In this document: positions 26,192 through 32,000 of the stretch, piece by piece
Layout of the letters: each line of letters starts with the position of its first letter
How positions within the stretch are numbered: position 1 is the first letter of the stretch
Source: Trichlorobacter lovleyi SZ
GTDB lineage: Bacteria > Desulfobacterota > Desulfuromonadia > Geobacterales > Pseudopelobacteraceae
DNA length: 32,000 nt
Direction: 5' to 3'
NCBI RefSeq assembly: GCF_000020385.1
Contig: NC_010814.1
Location: 3,360,001 to 3,392,000 of the forward strand
Notes under the pieces: model-generated
Seen by the model: only the letters and a program-made list of their open reading frames with translations
Database searches by the model: none
What the model was told of the DNA's origin: nothing
Translations under genes and position numbers: made by a program

Positions 26192-27475
26192 ATGGGTAAG
26201 ACCACTGCAGAAAAGATTTTCGCCGCCCATCTGGTGGATGAGCCGTTCAGCGGCACCAAGGTGCTGAAGCTGGATGTGGTGCTTTGCCACGAAATTACCA
26301 CCCCGATTGCCATTGCCGACCTGATTGAACGTGGTAAAGACCGTGTCTTTGATCCAACCAGAATCAAGGCAGTTATTGACCACGTCACTCCCTCAAAGGA
26401 TTCCAAGACTGCTACCCAGGCCAAGATTTTACGTGACTGGGCCCGCCGCCAGCAGATCAAGGATTTCTTTGACGTTGGTGCCAACGGCGTATGCCATGCC
26501 CTGTTCCCGGAAAAAGGCTTTATCCGTCCCGGCAACACCGTGATCATGGGTGATTCTCACACCTGTACCCATGGTGCCTTTGGTGCCTTTGCCGCCGGTG
26601 TTGGCACCACTGACCTGGAAGTTGGTATCCTGAAAGGTGTCTGCGCCTTCCGTGAACCCAAGACAATTCGCATCAATGTAAACGGAGATCTCCCCAAAGG
26701 TGTCTATGCCAAGGATGTCATACTGACCCTGATCGGCAAGATCGGTGTTAATGGTGCCACCGACCGGGTGATTGAGTTCCGCGGCACCACCATTGACGCC
26801 ATGACGATGGAATCCCGCATGACGCTCTGTAACATGGCCATTGAGGCGGGCGGCACCTCCGGCATCTGTATGCCTGACATGACCACCGTGGAATACCTCT
26901 GGCCGTTTATTCAGGGTGAGTTTGCCTCCAAGGAGGCTGCGCTGGCTGACTATCAGAAGTGGGCTTCAGATGCTGACGCCACCTATGAGCAGACCATTGA
27001 GATTGATGCTGCTGCACTGGTACCGGTTGCCACCTTTAACTTTAAACCGGATCAGGTTAAGGCGGTTACGGAGTTCACCGACAGCAGGGTTGATCAGATC
27101 TACCTTGGATCCTGTACCAATGGCCGTCTCGAAGACCTGCGGATTGCTGCTCAGATCCTGAAGGGCAACAAGCTGGCGGAGCATGTGCGTGGTATTCTGT
27201 CTCCGGCAACTCCAAAGATCTACCGTGATGCCATGAAAGAAGGGTTGATTGATATCTTCCTTGATGCCGGTTTCTGTGTCACCAACTCCACCTGCGGGGC
27301 CTGTCTGGGGATGAGTAACGGCGTGTTGGCCGATGGCGAGGTCTGCGCCTCCACCACCAACCGCAACTTCAACGGCCGGATGGGCAAAGGCGGCATGGTA
27401 CACCTGATGTCGCCGGCCACCGCAGCGGCAACCGCCATTGAGGGCAAGATTGCCGATCCACGCAAATATCTTTAA
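26192..27475 (+). CDS. leuC: 3-isopropylmalate dehydratase large subunit (short, type-2 LeuC/HacA-like)
   Basis: 427 aa aconitase-family protein. Motifs: MGDSHTCTHGAFG, GSCTNGR, and the cluster cysteines in NSTCGACLG. Confidence 0.9.
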   Translation: MGKTTAEKIFAAHLVDEPFSGTKVLKLDVVLCHEITTPIAIADLIERGKDRVFDPTRIKAVIDHVTPSKDSKTATQAKILRDWARRQQIKDFFDVGANGVCHALFPEKGFIRPGNTVIMGDSHTCTHGAFGAFAAGVGTTDLEVGILKGVCAFREPKTIRINVNGDLPKGVYAKDVILTLIGKIGVNGATDRVIEFRGTTIDAMTMESRMTLCNMAIEAGGTSGICMPDMTTVEYLWPFIQGEFASKEAALADYQKWASDADATYEQTIEIDAAALVPVATFNFKPDQVKAVTEFTDSRVDQIYLGSCTNGRLEDLRIAAQILKGNKLAEHVRGILSPATPKIYRDAMKEGLIDIFLDAGFCVTNSTCGACLGMSNGVLADGEVCASTTNRNFNGRMGKGGMVHLMSPATAAATAIEGKIADPRKYL

Positions 27476-27503
27476 TTTTTGACGGTATAAAGGAGCAAGC
27501 GCT

Positions 27504-28031
27504 ATGAAAACCTTCGGAGGGCCGGTTCTGTTTCTGGATCGTGCCGATATCAATACTGACGAAATCATTCCGGCAAAGTATCTGACCGAGATCACCAAGC
27601 AGGATCTGAAACCGTACATGCTTGAAGACCTCAAGCTGGACGGATTTGACCCCAAAGGCGAGAAAACCCTGAAAGCGCGGGTCGTCGTATCACGCGAGAA
27701 TTTCGGGTGCGGCTCTTCACGCGAACATGCCCCCTGGGTTTTTGAGGTTAACAACATCACCGCGGTTGTTGCAGAGTCTTTTGCCCGGATCTTCCGCCAG
27801 AATATGTTCAACTGTGGCATGGCTGCCATCGAACTGCCCAAGACAGATCTGGACCGGATTTTTTCCCACGCCCAAGATGCTGACGCAACCATGAGCATCG
27901 ATATCGAGGCTCAAACCCTGACCCTGTCTGCTGGCGGTACGCAGCTGGCCTTTAACTTCGAGCTATCCCCCTTTGACAAGGCCCTGGTTCTGGCAGGTGG
28001 CTGGGTTGATTATGCCGACACAAAATATTGA
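27504..28031 (+). CDS. leuD: 3-isopropylmalate dehydratase small subunit
   Basis: 175 aa with an AAGGAG SD. Swivel-domain motif NFGCGSSREHAPW. Directly follows leuC. Confidence 0.9.
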   Translation: MKTFGGPVLFLDRADINTDEIIPAKYLTEITKQDLKPYMLEDLKLDGFDPKGEKTLKARVVVSRENFGCGSSREHAPWVFEVNNITAVVAESFARIFRQNMFNCGMAAIELPKTDLDRIFSHAQDADATMSIDIEAQTLTLSAGGTQLAFNFELSPFDKALVLAGGWVDYADTKY

Positions 28032-28067
28032 CAGGTTGCACGTATACACTTTTAGCACCCAGAACAC

Positions 28068-28097
28068 TTGATTTTTTTATAACCGGAATGCAATACT
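28068..28097 (+). promoter_or_regulatory. Candidate sigma70-type promoter for tatA
   Basis: TTGATT (28068-28073), 18-nt AT-rich spacer, AATACT (28092-28097). The -10 element lies ~30 nt upstream of the tatA ATG. Motif match only. Confidence 0.3.
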
Positions 28098-28128
28098 TAC
28101 ATCCACTATAGCAGATGGAGGGTTGATT

Positions 28129-28314
28129 ATGTTTGGATTTGGCATGCCGGAACTGATTGTTATTCTGGTGATTGTACTGGTGGTCTTCGGGGCAGGACGT
28201 CTGCCTGAGATCGGTGCTGCCTTTGGCAAAAGTATCAAGAACTTCAAGAATGCCACTGAAGGCAAGGATGAGATTGAGATAAAGCCCAAGAAGGATGACG
28301 AGCACAAGGCCTAG
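28129..28314 (+). CDS. tatA: Twin-arginine translocase subunit TatA/E
   Basis: 61 aa from ATG 28129, with a GGAGGG SD 6 nt upstream. [29 protein letters not shown]...KNFK is the canonical TatA TM helix plus amphipathic helix. Confidence 0.92.
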   Translation: MFGFGMPELIVILVIVLVVFGAGRLPEIGAAFGKSIKNFKNATEGKDEIEIKPKKDDEHKA

Positions 28315-28318
28315 TCAC

Positions 28319-29254
28319 TCAGCTCATACCAATACCACCCTTTACTGATAGCCGGCACCCCTGCCGGCTGTCTCTTTTTACAAGCTCTGCATCGATACGG
28401 TTTAAGACTTCAAGTTTGCGACGCGACCAGTCCGGCGCGACCAGCTCACTGCGCCCATCACCCATCAGACGATGAATCATGATCTTCGGATCAAGCAGTT
28501 CAAGCGCATCAACCACCAGCGCAACATACTCATCGCGGGTCATCAATGGCAGGTCACCCGTTCGGTACTCCTGCTCAAGCTGGCTGCCTTTCAGAACATG
28601 CAGGTGATGCAGTTTAACCCCATCCACCCCCAGACGATTCAACTCCTCCACCGAAGCCAGCATCTGTTCGCGAGACTCTCCGGGCAATCCCAATATCAGA
28701 TGGGCACAGATGCGCAATTTCTTCTGCTTGCAACGATTGACCGCCTCAACAAAGCAGGCGTGATCATGTCCACGGTTGATCGCCTGCAGGGTCTGGTCAT
28801 GCATGGTTTGCATGCCTAATTCCAGCCAAAGATAGGTTCGCCGGTTAAGCTCAGCAAGCATGTCAAGCACGCTATCCGGCAGACAATCAGGGCGCGTGCC
28901 GATGATAAGCCCGACCATATCCGCATCAGCAAGGGCCGCTTCATAGAGCAGCCGCAAATCGTCTGCAGCAGCATAGGTGTTACTGTAGGCCTGGAAATAA
29001 GCCAGAAACTTTTCAGCCCTGAACTTTTTCACCAGGTATTCTTTACTCTTCTGCAACTGCAGGTGTAACGGCAGTTCAGTAGGCACACCTACCGCTGCAG
29101 CACCTCGATCACCGCAAAAGGTGCAGCCACCAGTACCCAGACTGCCGTCACGGTTGGGACAACTGAAACCGGCAGCCAGTGAGACCCGCTGTACACGGCA
29201 GCCAAATCGTGTGCGCAGCTCATCCGTAAAGGTTGTATAACGTTTAGTAGTCAT
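28319..29254 (-). CDS. Radical SAM protein, TIGR01212 (YhcC-like) family
   Basis: 311 aa. FSCPNRDGSLGTGGCTFCG is the family-specific cluster motif. TIM-barrel-like core (GLIIGTRPDC, ELGMQT). Confidence 0.85.
   Translation of the reverse strand: MTTKRYTTFTDELRTRFGCRVQRVSLAAGFSCPNRDGSLGTGGCTFCGDRGAAAVGVPTELPLHLQLQKSKEYLVKKFRAEKFLAYFQAYSNTYAAADDLRLLYEAALADADMVGLIIGTRPDCLPDSVLDMLAELNRRTYLWLELGMQTMHDQTLQAINRGHDHACFVEAVNRCKQKKLRICAHLILGLPGESREQMLASVEELNRLGVDGVKLHHLHVLKGSQLEQEYRTGDLPLMTRDEYVALVVDALELLDPKIMIHRLMGDGRSELVAPDWSRRKLEVLNRIDAELVKRDSRQGCRLSVKGGIGMS
28350..28379 (+). terminator. Intrinsic terminator of tatA, lying inside the 3' end of the convergent radical-SAM CDS
   Basis: AGCCGGCA (28350-28357), loop CCCC, TGCCGGCT (28362-28369), then GTCTCTTTTTA. 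There is no U-tract on the opposite strand. Confidence 0.6.
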
Positions 29255-29260
29255 GGCAAT

Positions 29261-29288
29261 AAAAAAGGAGCGACATCGCTGCCGCTCC
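29261..29288 (-). terminator. Intrinsic terminator after atpC
   Basis: The minus strand reads GGAGCGGCA-GCGA-TGTCGCTCC: a 9-bp stem with one G-U pair and a GNRA tetraloop. It is followed by TTTTTTATT, starting 26 nt after the atpC stop. Confidence 0.7.
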
Positions 29289-29314
29289 CGTATACCTCAC
29301 TCTGCTATGCTCGC

Positions 29315-29731
29315 TTACTTACGGGCAGCCTTACCGGCCACCTGCATCCGGATCAGGGCACGTTCAAGAGCAGCTTCATACACCTTGAACTGCTTGTCTT
29401 CCGGAGTCAACTTCTTAAGCGCATCCTCGGCACGGCCAAGCGCTGCTTTGGCACGCTCGAGATCGATCTCGTCGGAGCGTTCGGCAGTCTCAACCAGGAC
29501 AATGATCTTGTCGTCCTGCACCTCGAAGTAGCCCCAGTTGAGTGCCATGCTGACAGCCTGGCCATCTTTCTTGTAGCAAAGCTCACCGATATTGAGTGAC
29601 GTCAGGAAAGGGGCATGACCCGGCAGTACACCGAACTCACCCATTTTTCCGGTCGCTGTCACTTCATCGACCAACTCATCAAGCACCTTGCTGTAGGGTG
29701 TGACTATTTCAAGCTTCATCTTTTCAGCCAT
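29315..29731 (-). CDS. atpC: F0F1 ATP synthase subunit epsilon
   Basis: 138 aa with an N-terminal beta-sandwich (KLEIVTP...GEFGVLPGHAP) and a C-terminal helical hairpin. Follows atpD. Confidence 0.93.
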   Translation of the reverse strand: MAEKMKLEIVTPYSKVLDELVDEVTATGKMGEFGVLPGHAPFLTSLNIGELCYKKDGQAVSMALNWGYFEVQDDKIIVLVETAERSDEIDLERAKAALGRAEDALKKLTPEDKQFKVYEAALERALIRMQVAGKAARK

Positions 29732-29779
29732 TGTATGGAGCTCCGTTGGGGCAGAGGTTCTGCCCTGCCAGGTAGTAAA

Positions 29780-31225
<1,446 letters not shown>

Positions 31226-31247
31226 TCATATAGTGATTCGTTTGTAA

Positions 31248-32000
31248 TTATCCCTTAATCGATTCAGCGCCTGAGATGATTTCCATCAGCTCGGTGGTAA
31301 TGGCGGCCTGACGTGCACGGTTGTACTGCAGGGTCAGTTTGCCGATCATTTCTGAGGCGTTCTTTGATGCACTGTCCATAGCGGTCATACGCGCACCGTG
31401 TTCACCAGCCACCGACTCAAGCATCGCCTTGAAGATCTGAACTTCGATATTCTTTGGCAATATCTCGGTCAACAGGTCACTGACCGAAGGCTCATAGATA
31501 TATTCAACACCATTTTCATCAGCGGCGATCTTCTCTTCAGGCTCAATCGGCAGCAGCTGCTGGAAGGTGATATCCTGTGACATAACCGTACGGAACGAGT
31601 TAAACAGCATCACAACCTGGTCATACTCTTCTGCAAGGTAACCCTCGATCACATCCTGAGCAAGCATTGCTGCTGCCTGATAGTTGGGCTTGGAAAGCAT
31701 ATTGGCAAAGTTCTTGTAGACCGTATGGCGGCTTTTCAGAAACTCATACCCTTTACGGCCAACCGTCATGATTGAGATCTGATCGAACTCAGCCTGCTTC
31801 TCCTTGATGTAACGCTCGCCAGCCTTGCAGAGGTTTGTGTTAAAGCCACCACACAGACCACGATCTGAGGTTACCACAATCAGCAGCAGTTTTTTTGCAT
31901 CACGCTTTTCCAGAAGGGGATGCAGATTGCCTTCCAGATTACCGGCCAAAGATTGCAGCACTTCACCCATCTTCTGGGCATAGGGACGTGCAGCTACCAC
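31248..32000 (-). CDS. atpG: F0F1 ATP synthase subunit gamma, C-terminal ~250 aa (N-terminus beyond window end)
   Basis: The frame is open to nt 32000. ...[10 protein letters not shown]...[13 protein letters not shown]...[25 protein letters not shown] is the gamma-subunit pattern. Confidence 0.93.
   Translation of the reverse strand: MVAARPYAQKMGEVLQSLAGNLEGNLHPLLEKRDAKKLLLIVVTSDRGLCGGFNTNLCKAGERYIKEKQAEFDQISIMTVGRKGYEFLKSRHTVYKNFANMLSKPNYQAAAMLAQDVIEGYLAEEYDQVVMLFNSFRTVMSQDITFQQLLPIEPEEKIAADENGVEYIYEPSVSDLLTEILPKNIEVQIFKAMLESVAGEHGARMTAMDSASKNASEMIGKLTLQYNRARQAAITTELMEIISGAESIKG

Noticed and set aside
26966-27898. 310-aa ORF on the - strand spanning leuC and leuD
   Set aside because: It is antisense to two motif-supported aconitase-family genes and crosses their intergenic region. 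It has no SD and no motifs.
29749-29765. Stem-loop GGGCAGA-GGT-TCTGCCC between atpD and atpC
   Set aside because: The stem is 7 bp with a 3-nt loop and no U-tract, and it lies inside an obligatory operon. It is at most an mRNA-stability element, and neither a terminator nor a repeat.

Overview
The window looks like a chromosomal core region of a Desulfuromonadales/Geobacter-like bacterium. That assignment is inferred from gene order and protein motifs and is not verified. I found no rRNA, tRNA, CRISPR array, integrase or IS element. The + strand carries a partial hemL, the atpZ-like/atpI/atpB/atpE F0 operon, leuC-leuD and tatA. The - strand carries a radical-SAM gene, atpC-atpD-atpG (partial at the window edge), and one almost gap-free run of 21 co-directional genes (25990 down to 2672). 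That run reads larB, larC, cinA/pncC, recA, a PilT/PilU-family ATPase, recX, four exported-protein genes, alaS, a REC-histidine-kinase hybrid, argB, a secreted protein, argD, argF, argG, a NUDIX hydrolase, a divergent nitrilase-superfamily-like protein, argH and an LptM-like/FN3 lipoprotein. The best candidate for an undescribed system is the four-gene envelope module at 15037-20791. Three of its proteins each carry a CsgG/LpoB-like module, combined respectively with an LPP20/FlgT-like domain, TPR repeats and six FN3 repeats; the fourth is a 106-aa secreted protein. The module sits inside the widely conserved recA-recX-alaS synteny and is translationally coupled to alaS. Secondary leads are a NUDIX plus cryptic CN-hydrolase-like pair inside the arg operon, an LptM-type lipobox fused to FN3-like domains, a Na+-type ion-binding signature in the ATP synthase c subunit, a larB-larC-pncC-recA linkage, and a few unusual terminator and leader structures. 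All family assignments rest on motif recognition by eye; no database search was possible.
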